The notes under the pieces: generated by a model
What the model saw: only the letters and a program-made list of their open reading frames with translations
The model's database searches: none
What the model was told of the DNA's origin: nothing
Assembly (NCBI RefSeq): GCF_036321535.1
Contig: NC_087436.1
Coordinates: 78,122,001 to 78,186,000 of the forward strand
DNA length: 64,000 bases
Reading direction: 5' to 3'
Origin: Camelus dromedarius
Lineage: Eukaryota
Made by a program: the position numbers and the translations under genes
Shown: positions 38,100-51,551 of the stretch, piece by piece
Position numbering within the stretch: position 1 is the stretch's first letter
How the letters are laid out: each line of letters opens with the position of its first letter

Positions 38100-38675
38100 C
38101 AGGTCAGACTCCTCTCACGTTTCTGAGAATGTCTTTCCTGACTGGTAGCTGCCTACCCCTCCAACGTTAATTTGTCCACCAATCCTTCTCTCCCCACTCC
38201 AACCACAAATGGCCTCCACTCATCCTCATTCTCAGCAAGCTCCCTCCCCCAGGGCCCTTGCATGTGCTATTTATTCCCTCTGCTTGGAATGCACTCTTGT
38301 CCCCTTTCACCTGGGGACAAGCTCTTCTGTGCATCGGATCTCCAAACAAGCTCTCCCTGGCTATTAAGCTTGGATTATAGGCTCTCACGATCTAGAACAC
38401 CTCTCTTTCCTAGCCTTTATCAGAGTTGCAATTTGACGTTTTATTTACATGATTTGTGTCTGCTTAGCTTCCTGGAAGATGCCCAGTGTCTGGAACATAA
38501 TGCATGTTCAATGAATACTTGTTGACCGACTTACTGGTTGATTAATATTTGTCTGCTCCCTGGACTGGGCGCTCCATGAAGGAGGAAACCACGTGTGTTT
38601 GTGCGTCTGTTGCATCCTCAGCACCAAGTTAAATGCCTGACACAAAGCCGATACCTACTGAGCAAATACGTAAAC
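38100..38675 (+). mobile_element. L2 3' region with two successive L2 termini
   Basis: agggcccttgcatgtgctatttattccctctgcttggaatgc; cagtgtctggaacataatgcatgttcaatgaatacttgttga; second terminus tgcctgacaca. Confidence 0.8.
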
Positions 38676-39606
38676 CAGAGCACGGTTTTATTATCTCTAT
38701 GGCGATCACTGAAATTTCCTGTGACTCTTTTAGAGAAATAAACCTCTAATTCTGCTAATTTCCAAACAAAAACTTCAATACGACCAGAGGACAGGGATTT
38801 CATCACTCTGCCCACGTGGCCCTCAGATCTAATGGAACATGCAGAAGTTAGATTTCAGAGGCAGCCTCCACGGCTCACCTGTCTCCTCCAAGGGTGGCTC
38901 ACCTCCCTGAACAGGAGCCCAGGCACCACACCAATGCAGTTCAGTCTGCATCCTCCAACTTGCAGAACTCTGACCCCACTCCCATTGCCATCCCTCACCT
39001 CTCCGAAGTCTACCTTAGACAATCCATGCACTTCTAACAAGTGTAATTCTGGAAAAAAAAAAGCAGTGGCCAAAAAGGTAGTCACTTCCCCAGGCAACTT
39101 CTGGCAACTTACCTTCCTTCAAGTGAAAAGAATGACAAACAAGCCTCCTGCCTTCTTTGACAGTCCATGGGATGGTTTTCTATGGTCAACATTGTCATAG
39201 CTTCTCCTGAAAGCTGTAACCGCCTGCCGTCACTGGGCTTAACCTTTCCTATACAACTGAAAGAAATCAAAGCTGTCTCTCCACCTCGACTTGCAGGAGA
39301 GCAATCTGCCTTTCCCACATCAGCAGGAGGCAGAACTTGGCCACTCAGGGTTTGAAACCCGCCCTGACCCCTGACCCAAGGGTAATGCAGGGCTTGGAAT
39401 TCTGACATTCCAGTTTAGAAAGGCCGCTGAGCTCTGGCCTGGAGAGCCTGCAACCGCCTCAACCCACTGCCAGAGCCAGTGATTAGACAGATTCTTGTCA
39501 CCCCTCTCCCTTCTTGGAGCAAAGACTGTCTTACAAACAGCTAAACAGATATCAGGGTTGCTAGCAAAAACTACAATGCCATCTTTAAAAAAAGGAGTAG
39601 GGGATT

Positions 39607-39915
39607 TAAATAAGCCATACACAAAAGAACAAATACTGTATGTTTCCATTTATGTGACCTATCTAGAGAAGTCAAATTTGTAGAGACAGAAAGTAGAATG
39701 GGGTTGCCGGGGACTGGAGAAGGGGGAGCAGGGAGTTATTGTTAGTGGGTACAAGGTTTCAGTTTGGAATGATGGAAAAGCTCTGGAGACAGATGGTGAT
39801 AATGGTTGCACAACAGCGTGAATGTACGTAACGTCATGGAACAGTACATAAAAATGGTTCAAATGGCCAATTTTATGTTTTATATATTTTACTACAACTT
39901 TAAAAAAAAAAAAAA
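39607..39915 (+). mobile_element. L1MB-type 3' end with poly(A)
   Basis: aagccatacacaaaagaacaaatactgtatg..gagacagaaagtagaatggggttgcc..gatggtgataatggttgcacaaca..aattttatgttttatatattttactacaa(A)n. Confidence 0.92.
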
Positions 39916-40099
39916 CAGAGGCTTTCTAGGGCTTGGCCTGGACATTTTAATATCTTTTCAATCCTTTCCTACATTTGCTGGCCAGCAATTCCTAAGGTTA
40001 AAACAAACAACCAACCAAGAAATTTCCAAGTCCTTTCCTCTTGAGCAATCTCCTTTGTCGTATTTCTACTGCCCCTCAATGTGGAGCTTTAACACGATG

Positions 40100-40270
40100 A
40101 TTTTCTTGTCAATCAGACTATGTCGTCAATCCAAATAACCCCAAAACTCAAGTTTCAAATAACAAAAAATTATTTCCTCTTCTGTCTGCATGTCCATGGT
40201 GGGTCTATAAGAAGATTTCTTTCCAAGTCCGTCACGTTCTTGAACTCAGAAGTTAGAAGAGCCCAGCATA
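40100..40270 (-). mobile_element. MaLR LTR fragment (MLT1J/K/L-like)
   Basis: caaataaccccaaaactcaagtttcaaataacaaaaaattatttcct..tgcatgtccatggtgggtc. Confidence 0.55.
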
Positions 40271-41336
40271 AAAAGACATGCCTTTATTTGCTTTATTGGG
40301 GGAGGTAAAAAATTCAGTCATGTTCTCAGAGGAGTAAAACCTTTAAAAGGGAATAAACTGATCTTTGAGATTTATTTATTCTAGGCTATCTGGCCTCAGA
40401 AGACTCTGACAAGTTGCGACAGATTTTAGAGGCACTAGAGATTCCATAAATCCACATGGATGGCCTTCACCCCCTGACACTGAGAGCTCAAGTGCAGAGC
40501 CCCAAACAAGACCCCCTGAATGTTCTGTAATGGACAAAGACACACCCCTGTCAGAGAAGAGCCATCCCATCTAGGCCCTTGGAAGAACAGGGCAAGGGCA
40601 GACAGTAGTTAAACCCAAGCCCTGCACTCAGCATGCACTAAAATGGCAGGGCTTCTCGGAGGCTGGGCATCACCCTAGGTGTGCAGGACAGAAGTTGGTA
40701 GAAGACATACACATGGGGACTCCTATACACCCAGAGAGAAAGTAAATTAACAAAACCTTCACTAGTGATCCTCCTGTCCTCTGTGTTTATTACTCTGAAG
40801 CAATGCAGTCCAGGTTAGAAAAGCTCAGGTATCTTATTCAGATACACCCACGGACCGGCAGGCAGAGAAACCCTGACCAGCCCTGTCTTGCAATACTTGC
40901 TAATGATAGCTTTGGGAAGATTTTCAAGTATCTCTGGCAGATTGAGCAAAATGTTATAACAACCATTAGCGAAAACAGAAAAGGAGCCGTATCAAGATTA
41001 AAATCCGGTTTTCCATGTTGACAAAACAGCAGCACCAGTGGTGTGAGTCCGCACACGAGCACGTTCAGCAGTTCCTTAAGCCTTCGTTGCTGTTGCCTCC
41101 TTCTTGTGATTAATCCGATTGCATAAAGAAACAATCCCCAGTCATAAAGTCAGCTATTGTTTGAAGTTCCCATATGCACTGGCAAACTCTTTGAGAAAGG
41201 GTCCTGTTTAAAGAAACCAACCACAAAAAAATTCCTCATCATTACAATGACTCGGGTTCAGATTCTAGGAAGGGATAAACCAAGAGACTGATAAACAAGC
41301 AAAAGTGAATTGTTTTATCCCGGAAATCTATACACC

Positions 41337-41590
41337 AGGGGCAGTAACTCAGGGATAAAGGCTTGGATTTTGAAATCACAGATCTTGATTAAACCACTGC
41401 TCTGTCACATGCCAGCCACTAGATAATGACTATGCCACAAAGCCACAATAAGTCTCAATTTCTGCCCCCATAAAAGGAGGGAAAGAGCATCTACTTCCTG
41501 TAGAGGATGTGAGGATGAAACGAGACCATCCGTGTAAAGCCCTTAGCAGAACGCCTGGTACACAGCAGTGATCGTATCTGATAGAGTTGT
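41337..41590 (+). mobile_element. MIR, full length
   Basis: ggattttgaaatcacagatc..gaggatgtgaggatgaaacgagaccatccgtgtaaagcccttagcagaacgcctggtacacag. Confidence 0.8.
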
Positions 41591-42189
41591 AAGGACGGGA
41601 ACTCCTCAACTAAAACAAAGTCACATCTTAAAAGCTGCCTGGGCGTCCAAGATGCAGAAAGGCAACATGAACCTGACTGACATTCTCTTGTCCAAACCCT
41701 CAGTGGCATAATTTTCTGGTTTCACAGTTTATTCACCCAGAGATCAGGGGTGACAGACTTAAACAACTTGGCTTGGTGTCTATCTTGATGCGTACTGAAA
41801 GCAATGGGGGGTTTGTCTGCAGAGATTATTCTGTTGTTGAACTCCAGGGAGAACCAGTGGACACACTGTTAATAAAGCTGTAGCCCTGGCCTCCAGGCTT
41901 CCTGAGATCTCTTAGTGTTTAAGAGAAGGGGATCAATCTAACATACTCTGGATGCCAACGGATTGACAAGAAGACTGAAACTTGAAAGAGATCAAGTGTT
42001 TTCTGTGGCCTCCCCTAATGACTCAGAGCTGTTGGTACCAATGTTTTGTAAACAGAAAAGCCTGAATTTAGATATTTACTTCCAGTGTCTTTCCCTCCTT
42101 TTGACTAGTGGTGTCACTGTAACACATCCTTCCAGCTGGCCCAGAAGACCGAGGAGTCCTCCTAAGTTTCTCACTAGGAAGTAACTCTG

Positions 42190-42357
42190 CACTCTTGGTA
42201 CTTAGCTTTGTCTGCAAATTAGAATCTTCTGGAGGGCTTTTAAAAGCCCCAATGCACAGGCCACACCCAGACCAACTGAATCTAACTCTTCCGCGCATCT
42301 GGGTGTTTTAAAGCTCCCTGGATAAGGGCAACGTGCAGCCAGTGTTGACAACTGCTA
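42190..42357. mobile_element. MER5-family (hAT-Charlie) MITE
   Basis: ctgcaaattagaatcttctggagggcttttaaaa..aggccacacccagaccaactgaatc..gtgcagccagtgttgacaac. Confidence 0.8.
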
Positions 42358-43943
42358 TTGGACAAAACGGTGTAGATATCCCTGAGCCTAACAAAGACAC
42401 AAGCCTAAATAGAGGTCTGTAATCAGCCAGTCCTGAAGATTTACCCGGTAAATTGACAGGATCGCTGACGCTGGCAATCACACTGATGCACACACACACC
42501 ACCCCACCCCCTCTGCCTGCCCCATTTTACTGATTTGCAACTGACAGAGGTATTTCTGCTCCTCTGCCCCCTCTCTCCTCTGAGGAAGTTTACTGTGTAC
42601 ACCCCTCTCCTTCCCTCAACATGATGATTCTGGAGATTAAGTAACTCCTCACAAAAGAGATAGTAATCTTTGAGGGTTTTTTAAAAAAAAATTTAGGCAG
42701 GGAGGAGATTTTCTCCTTATTCAGTGGACAAGGGGCAGAGTGGCCAGGAACTGGATGCTCCCAAAGGCACACCAGAGCAGAGAGGAAATTAGAGGAGATA
42801 ACCATTCCATTTGCTAGGTGAGCTTCCAAATAAACAGCATCAGACATCTTACAAAATGAGAGAAGAGAGATTTTCACCTATACTTGTATGTTAAGGACTC
42901 CAGTGTGATGAAATTTGTTGTATTCATGCTTTATTTTTCAGCTTGCAGGCTCAACAGGGATACTGAAAGCCATGGATTCCCTGTCTTTCTACTTCTGAGC
43001 CACAGACAATCACACTGACACCCGAGTTCTCTCCCTTGGCTCTGGCTCAGACGCTAAGACGCTGGATTTGCCTTGGACCTCCCTCCAAACCAGTTTGTTT
43101 GCATATTTTTGCCTGGTTGAAAAATGTCTTTGTATTTTCACTGGCCCAGTTCTTGGCAACAGTGTCTCTTGTTGTGACTGGAGTTGAGAATCACGAGGCA
43201 GAAAGAGCCCTTGACCACGGACCATTTGATATTATAGGACTTGGGGTGAGGGCACCTGCTTTGGAGGCAGCAATGGAAGCCGGGGAGGGGACCAGACAAG
43301 AATGGGGACTGAGAAAGACATCGGCCAGGAATGGCCTTGGACCTCCAGTGGTTGGTGGCTGATTCAGTTCACATCCAGCTCCCAACATGAACATAATGTG
43401 TAACAACAGCCCGCTGGGCTTGGGGTGGGAGGGGCCTAGTTAATTTCTCTCTGAGGGCCCCCAGAAGACATAAAGAGTTTCTGGGCTTGGGAGCCAAAGC
43501 CCTGAGGGTTTACAGACCACCACAGATGGCCATCACCCCACAGGGAACAACACGGCCACGTGTCCTCCCGCGCCCCCTTGTCTGTGGTCTCAATCCCTCC
43601 TGTTTCACTTCCTTGCATCCTCAGTGCTTTCTCAGCGTTTGTACTCATTAGTCTGACTTGAAACAGGCCAAATGGGTTTTATTTTCAAGATTTAGAGACT
43701 GTCCTCTAGCTCTAAAGTCCCTTTAATAAGTAAATTTTGGTCTAATTTTATAGACTTTAGGCCTATTTCTTTGCTTCTTTTAGCACTCGTATTTGGTACC
43801 CTCACAAAGGTCGTTCTTGTCTTGTTTCTTGCCCATGTCTCCCATCTGCTAGTCTGTAACCAGCTGCTTATTGTAATAACAGTGGGAATACGTTTTCTCA
43901 CCCTATTGAGTCCTAGGTGCTCTTTTTTTTTTCTTTTATCAGT

Positions 43944-44082
43944 TCCCTCTCTGTGACTCAGTTTCCTCATCTGTAAAAAGGGGTAGTAAAAGTGTCACCT
44001 TAGAGAGCTACCGTGAGGATGAACAAGTTAATTTATGTAAAACACTCAGAGCAGTGTCGAACAATGTTAGTTGTTATTTACA
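43944..44082 (+). mobile_element. MIR 3' half
   Basis: ctctctgtgactcagtttcctcatctgtaaaaaggggtagtaa. Confidence 0.88.
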
Positions 44083-44172
44083 GAAAGTTGTTGGCTTGGA
44101 AATATAAGTGGAGTCAGAGGAGAGTGAAGGGGGTGGAGAGAAGCAATACGCCAAATCTCTCCTTTATCAAAA

Positions 44173-44515
44173 AAGTCACCCTCAGTATCAAAGGGGATTG
44201 GTTCCTGGGTCCCTGCAGATACCAAAAGCTGTGGACGCTCCAGTCCCTTATATAAAATGGCATAGTGTTTGCATATAACCTACACACATCCTCCTGTATT
44301 CTTTAAGTCCTCTCTAGATTACTTATAATACCTAATGCAATGTAAATGCTATGTAAATAGTTGTAAATACAACGTAAATGCTATGTAAAGAGTTACTGGC
44401 ATGCAGCAAATTCAAATTTTGCTGTTTTGGAACTTTCTAGAATTAAAAAAAATACTTTCCATCTGTGGTTTGTTGAATTTGCAGATGCAGAACCACAGAT
44501 ACAGAAGGCCAGCTG
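44173..44515. mobile_element. MER2/MER2B (TcMar-Tigger) MITE, full length
   Basis: agtcaccctcagtatc..ggggattggttcc..tataaaatggcatagtgtttgcatataacctacacacatcctcc..gatgcagaaccacagatacagaaggccagctg. Confidence 0.92.
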
Positions 44516-45529
44516 TCCAGTTCATAATTTTACTGGACGAGAAGTTCAAAATCCAAGACATATTTTGGATCGCTTCCCCATTCAGGCCATTAATCACATG
44601 GTATTTGTCCAAATTATAGTAGTTTTCAGTCTCCTGCATTCAACCTGGAGAGGCTTGCCTGGTAATTTAGACCCCTGAGCTTGAGGGTTCATTTGCTGGA
44701 GGTGCTCAGTGTCATCAGAGCTGGCACTGAAGTAAGTTTCTCCTTCTCTTCTGACCCGTCAACATCACAAGGGTCAACTGAATCCCTGGCTGGATGTCTG
44801 CCTTCACTGATTAAAAAGACCTTTTCTTAGACCCCAGCACCTTCTAAAATGTGCTCCTTTAATCCTTTTTTCATCCACATAATTTACAGTCTGTCCATAG
44901 CCTCCCCCACACTGGTGCTTTCCTGTCCCTGCTCTTAGGCTAACTCCTCATTTTTGGGAAGATGTTTTTTTCCATCCACTCTGATGACCAGCTGCCCTCT
45001 GCCAGCTGGCCCCAGAGGGCTATTATCCAAGCACCTGGCTGTTTTGATCTGCACACATTTTTCCAGGACTTATAATAAGACGTTTAAAAAAATAGTGGTC
45101 AGATGTTCCTTTTCATTTTCTCTTCTCAAAGGATAAGCCAACTGCCCCTTTCTGTGTCCTTTAGGAAAATCACATCCACAAAGAACCACCCTCAACCTCA
45201 AAGAAGAGCAGACTACTGATCAGACTTGGGGCCCCCAATTTTCTGGATTTTTTCCATCTTAACTTATATGAACTTATAATAGTTTTTTCCTGCCTATGGT
45301 CTTCTATTAAATGACTATCACATTTTCTCAGCAGCCAAATGTGCCAGCAAGCCTTCATGCTAGGTCTATATGGAGCTCTTTTTGTTCCAGGTCTGGTGCT
45401 GGGAGCTGGGGATAAACCAGACACGGCCTCTGCTCACCTAGACCTTACAACACTAGGCTTGGCCTCAAAGATAACTTTGAGAAGAGACAAACAGAGAAAC
45501 TCTTTTCTATTTTTAATGTCAAAGGATGT

Positions 45530-45735
45530 GTGACTTTAAATCTTAGTTCTGTCACTTACTGTTTGGGAGCTTCATTAACTTCTCTGATCCTTAAAGAAAA
45601 AACAAAAAAGCCCTCTCTCTCTAAAAGGGGTAGTACCATCTACTTCAAAGGGCTGTTATAAATCTCTGATACTCGTGTATTTCAGATGCAGTGCCTTGGT
45701 AATGAGCAATGAATAAATGGCAGGGAATAACTGTG
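45530..45735 (+). mobile_element. MIR
   Basis: aaatcttagttctgtcacttactg..taaaaggggtagtaccatctacttcaaagggctgtt. Confidence 0.65.
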
Positions 45736-46491
45736 TTGTCTTCATTACAGTGTGTGGTAATGCAGAATCTTAACCAAAAGTACACCTGAATCCCACGTGC
45801 TCTGAGAGTGGTGTACAGGACCGATCCACTTAACTAGTGAATAAACTTAGCTACCAGCCTGTCAGCTCTGCTGAGTTGCTACTTATTGTTAGTAACACTT
45901 ACAGTGGCAAAATTTGTTTCTTTGCTAAGAAAAAAAAAATTTTTAAGTCCATCACGTGAAAAAGGTAAATGCATGTGTCTTTCAGTAAAAACATAATTTG
46001 GGAGAAAGCCAATAAGCTGTTTAAACATTTCTTTTTTTTGTAATTTCAGGGAGTATTTGAAGATCTTAAATATATCCCTGCAGATACCAATGTTTTGTGA
46101 TGCTTTGTAAATCATTATGTTACTATGTTACAGTCCTGGTAACAAAGAGGATAGCTTGTGCTAAGTGAAGGTGAAACATATCCAACCGAAGGAAGTGATG
46201 AGACCAGGGATCAGTGAGCAAATGAGGAAAATGGCAGCTGCCACTTCCTCTTCTTCCTCAGGGTTTGATGGTGAAGGGAGGAGCCGGGGGCTCCACAAAC
46301 ACACAGGAATTTCTTCCACACTCAACTCCTGAAACTCCGGAAGATGAGCCACAACTCCAGGAAAGGGAAATGGAGTTCTAATCTTCTAGCTGCTGAGAAC
46401 CCCTCAAAGGCTTTGTGAACTGCCAGCTTTGGCAGCACAATCGTTCCTAGTTGATCTACAGAGAATCAGCTGAGATATTTCTAGGGACACT

Positions 46492-46922
46492 CGTCATGGC
46501 TGCTGTGAAAGTGTGCACTCAAATCCTCACTGAGGATTTAGTTGACTTGTGTCTTCCAGGCCCAGGGCCATGCTTCCCTACAGCCAGTTACTGAGCATGT
46601 AAGGGAAACCAGGAATGAGAGCCAGCCCTCTCTTGCCCAGGGTGGGATTCTTCCAGTAACACTTTTGCTCAGGAAATGCATCATCCTGGCTGAGACTTTC
46701 TTAGAAATGCACTACAGTCAGAAGCCCTACCTACTGGATCCTTCCTTCCCTCTGTCCTTTCACAGGTGTCAAACCTGCACTGTGGTCTGAAGACCACTCC
46801 CCTTTTTACAATGGCTCCCTTTCTCCCTTCCCCTTTAAATTCACTGGCATTTCCCCCCAATAAAGCCTTCATGTAGATCTTATCCCAACTTAGTTGCTTC
46901 TCACAGGATCTGAAATGACACA
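46492..46922 (+). mobile_element. ERVL solo LTR (LTR16C-like)
   Basis: ggctgagactttcttagaaatgcactacagtcagaag..ctttcacaggtgtcaaacctgcactgtggtctgaag..ccccaataaa..tgcttctcacaggatctgaaatgacaca. Confidence 0.85.
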
Positions 46923-47249
46923 CAGTTCTGCCCACCAGGTGGATTCACAAAATAATTGGGTATATTAGCTTCTGAATGACAAACCAATTAGGAGTGGTTG
47001 CCTGGATCACTACTTCATGAGGGTTTCTGAGACCAGTTCTGAAAAGTGTGCCAGGATTGATTATTAATGTCTGCAGTGGGTACAGAGGGGAATGGGAAGG
47101 CACGACAGCCATGTATTTGTCCATCGTCAGCCAAGGGTCTAGTTCAGGCTAGTCTGGACTTTCAAACTCCCTTCTTAGGTTATTCAATGCTGTAAAATTG
47201 TAAAATTGAAAAAGTTATAAAATTACAGTTAAAAGGCAGAACTCTGATT

Positions 47250-47467
47250 TAACATCAGGCCATCTGAACTTTCCATCTTCTCCTCTGAGTGGCAAGCTAA
47301 AAGAGAAGCAAGGTACCTATTCTTAAGCCTCTGTTTCTGCATTTATAAAATACAACTTAAAGATTTCCTGCCTCCTAGAATTATTAAGAAAGTTTAAATG
47401 AGATTATGCTAGGAAAGTTTGTAGCATAATATATGGCATTATATAAGAATTCAATAAATGTTAATAT
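47250..47467 (+). mobile_element. MIR
   Basis: ttcttaagcctctgtttctgcatttataaaat..ttaaatgagattatg..tcaataaatgtta. Confidence 0.65.
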
Positions 47468-48059
47468 GCACTTGGGACATAAAACCATAATTTTAAGGTG
47501 TATGTCTTATACTTTTATACTGATTAATAGTTTATTCAAGGCAGGACAGCATGGCTCGCTCATGCATTTAACTAAGGGATGTAACAAATTCAACCAAAGT
47601 AATAACATGCTTGGATTCTTCCTTTTCCTTCTGTGATGTGGGAGGCTGACATGGATCAGACTGTTATTAAATGCTCAGGCTGTTTGCATAGTGTATAAAT
47701 ATCTAGATGGTGAGACAAATAACATTCTTTGAATTATGGAAGGATAGCCCTTTAAAAATATTTTTTTCCCCTCAGTGATAGTCTCTCAAGCATAATATCA
47801 TAAATCAATAATGACCTCGTGGCACTCCCTATATACTCAATACAAAGTTCTCATATAAATTAATAAACTCAGAACTCATAAGGGGCACCAACCTTAAACT
47901 GATAGGACTTCCTCTTCTAAGAAAAGAATACAGTGTTTCTGGTCAGCTCCCTCTCAGCTCTCGCGGGACTACTGAGAACCTTTAGTCCTCTTCATGAACA
48001 CACCCCAAGCCTGTCCAAACCACCTTCTACACACACACGAGTTCATGAACAGGGACTTC

Positions 48060-49082
48060 TAGCATGTCCCCTATGTCACTGAGAAAATTAAGCATCAGTC
48101 GTCTTCTCTATAAAACTTCCTTCCCCACCCGTATAAAAGTGTCAACATCCAAACGCATCTTCACTCCCTTCCGGGCCCTCTTCCAGTTCCAGGCAAATCC
48201 TCCTTCATGAAGCCTGACCCCTTCCTGGAAGCTGGAATCAGGCTCAGTTCTCCTTCTTTCTCTTTTACTTTAGACTCCTCATTACAACAGGCCCCCACTC
48301 AACAGTCCATATATATTAAATCATCTCTTATCTTGAAAAGCCTTCCTTTGACCCCATGTCTTTTTCCATCCTTTCTAGCCTTGGCCAGTTCCTCATAGTT
48401 TCAGGCTCTACTTTTATCCACTAACATTTCTTCAAACACTGCAATCTAATTTCTACTCTGCCAGCTCACCCTGGAAACCATCCTGGCAAAGGGCACCAGT
48501 GACCTGATTATCAAATCCTAGGGACATTTTCAGTCTTTATCGTACATGATTGCTTGGAAGCTTTGCCACTACTGACCACTCCCTTCTAGAATAGCCTTCA
48601 TTGGTTTCCATTCCATCACTCCTTGTTTCTCATCCCACCTCCCCCTGCACGCGTCACTCACAGCTGTTCTGAGCTACTTGCAGCTTCTTGAATTTACTCT
48701 GCCTTTGTTCATTCTCATAAGTCAGCCTGGAATCCTTCTCACCAGCAGCCTTGGCCTCACTGTCTTCTCCCTGTCAAACATCTAACCACCTTTTAAAACT
48801 CACCTCCAAGGTAGCATTCACTGTGGATTCTCTGTAAGCCACCTTTCTGCCTCATCCCCAAAGAACTGACAGCCCTCTCTTCTATGACACCACTGTTTCT
48901 GCACCTATGTTTATCATTAATCCATAAACACTTCACCTGACACATTTATGTAACAGTCCGTTATTTGTCTACTTGACTCTGTTCTTCCAGGGTGAGCATG
49001 GGACTCATTCACATTTACATCCACATATACAGCATGGTACCCATCGCCTTGCAGTTGCTCAATAAACATTACCCAAATAAGC
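48060..49082 (+). mobile_element. L2 including decayed RT-domain segment
   Basis: 48440-48650 translates (with frameshifts) as LQS..ETILAKGTSDL..KS.GHF.SVFI..FATTDHSLLE, like the L2 RT motif region; ends gctcaataaacatt. Confidence 0.75.
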
Positions 49083-49085
49083 AAA

Positions 49086-49364
49086 AATGATAACAACTAC
49101 AGTTTATTAGGTACTTACTATATGAAGGTCACTGCGCTAAGTACTATACACACATATGCACACGAATTAATTTTGTCTTCAAAACTTTATGAGATAGTTA
49201 CATAATAATCCCCATGTTACAGACAACGAAACCAGGCCTTATAGAATTTAAACATCTTTCCCAATGTCACAGATCTAGTAAGTTACATATCTAATAAGTG
49301 ACAGAGCCATAAACTGAAACCATGTCCTATTTTAGACTCCAGACACTTCACAACTGTGCCTTCC
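49086..49364 (-). mobile_element. MIR, full length
   Basis: tttattaggtacttactatatg..aatccccatgttacagacaacgaaaccagg..cccaatgtcacagatctagtaagt. Confidence 0.88.
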
Positions 49365-49690
49365 TGAAGTGTAATGGTGGCATCAAACCAGAGCGTTGCC
49401 AAGGATCCCATCTCAGCATCATATTTTCCTACAGTTAAGAACCTTAAACATTAAATTAAGAAAGTATGACCTAAATATAAAAGACTCCACTAAAGAAATC
49501 CACAAGACATCACACACAGCTCATGAAGGCTTTTATTGCTTTGTTTTCAGTGCATTTTCACTTTAAATATGAAAATAACGAACTTCAGAATGCTAGCAAG
49601 AAGTAAATAAGCCTTTGCCCTATCCTTTTTAAGAAAAAACAGAAGATCCTCTCTAATAACAATAATAATGGTAATGGCATTATTCTACCC

Positions 49691-49941
49691 CAGCACTTCT
49701 CAAAGAAGATTAGCTCTCGGAGATGCTCCAGGAAAAATAAATGGTCAAATAAATTTAGAAACTCTGTACCACGTAGTCTGCCTTCTGAAGATTCGCAATG
49801 AATGTATGTTAAGAACTTTTAGAAATCCTGCAGTTTGGGTTTAAAAGAAAGTTGTATATATTCCTTGAGTGTCCCACACATCCTTGAACATAGAATCCTT
49901 TCAGAACTAACGCCCTATGGAATACACTGCAGGGAACGCTG
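49691..49941. mobile_element. MER103C-like (hAT-Charlie) MITE
   Basis: TIRs cagcacttctcaaag..gggaacgctg; atggtcaaataaatttagaaactctg, agattcgcaatg, agaaatcctgcagt. Confidence 0.75.
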
Positions 49942-51551
49942 ATTCCAGCCACATGTTTTTGACTTAAAATAAATGACCTGAAGCAGCACGGAAGACATAT
50001 TTGGCAAAGTACACGTGCTTTGAACTGAGCCATGTCCACTCATGGGCTCCCTGGTGTGGGCTCATTACTTCCATTTTCTTTGAGTATCAGAGGTATATTT
50101 TTACTACTTTACTTGCAAACCCTTGCGATGGTATAGCCTCATTTCTTCAAAGAGAGAAATTTTATGTAGTTGCAGAAAATTCCATTTTTATTCTTTATGC
50201 CAATATTGTTATTATGCCAATCACAAAAGGATACGAAATTCTTGAAGGAGACAGTATAGAAGTTAAAATGGAAGAGAAGACACTAAAGCTAAGGGTAAAA
50301 TTGGCATGATACCCTCTCAGAGCTATGTTCCAAATTTAGCTCTAACTTTCTAACAGCTAAAGCAAAGAGGGGAAAACATATTATGAGATGAATCATGTCT
50401 TTAAGAGGAAAACAAACCAGCTACCCAGGAGTAACATGGTTTTTCTTGGTTGAGAGACTCAAGAGCGATGTCACCTGTGGGATCTCATACAGGGGACCTT
50501 GCCGGGTGTGGCAGGGAAGGTCCTCAAACATATCTCACAGTAAAATCATCTGCTGTTGCTGACGACAGCCTGCACTGCAAGCCAAGAGCAGTGCAAATTC
50601 TGCAGTGCAATTCTGTTAGAGCGTTTCAACAAGGAACTGATAATTAGGATGGAGGCAGACAGTCCTCTGATGGCCTTCTTCATCCAAGGGAAAAGCTTCT
50701 TCTATCTGAAGCAGTGGGTGGACTGGAACATCTGCAAACTCTCCTTAGCAATTAGGGATTCTTGCAAGCAAGATTTTCACAGGGATTGGACCAGAAAAAG
50801 ATCAGGTACTCGAGGTAAGAAAATCTGTGTTGTTGGATAAATATAGACCCATAAGCTTTGACAATGAACACTGGACTGGGGTGGGGTGAGCATAACAGGC
50901 CAACTCCAGGAAATATTGGTACCGGCATAAGGGATATGAGCCCATGTGAAAAGACTCAAGACCTCCAGATACCTGGGGGAGTGGAGGAAGGGAAGTTCCA
51001 CCCAGGGTGCAGAGTCTGTGCGGGGCGAACCTGTGCCCTTGGCAGCCCAACAATGTTGCTTACTGTGCACCGCTCATTTCTGGCTCAGCCCAATTACATT
51101 TCAGTGGCTTTCCAGCATTCCCTCTGCCCACACTGTCTGACTAAGCCCTTTGATCCAAACCAGCACAACTCACTTTCTGACAGCAGCATCACTGACAGTG
51201 TATAACGTGAAACCAAGCAGAGGAAAACAAGGGCAGGTGATTTTCTGGCCCTGTGAAGTTAAGCCTGAGAAATGCATGTTTCATAGCAGCCTGGCTATCC
51301 CGATGCCTTGCCAGCAGATACAAGCCCTGCTCAGGTAAATTTGCTCTGGCTTTTTCTATGCACCAGTTTGAGACACAACTTTGAAGAAGAAAACTGCACC
51401 CTAAGTCATTTGGAATTCTCTTGATGGACAATTTACAGGGCACAGCCTGGGACTTGATATGCTTAACAAATCACTTAAAAGTGAGAGAATCAAGTCTTCA
51501 AAGCCAAAGAGATCAGCCTCACAGACTTTTCTTAACCTAGATAAGTATCCT

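Noticed and set aside
46521..46539. Palindrome AAATCCTCA-C-TGAGGATTT
   Set aside because: A short 9 bp arm inside an LTR16-like element; one such palindrome in 64 kb is plausible by chance.
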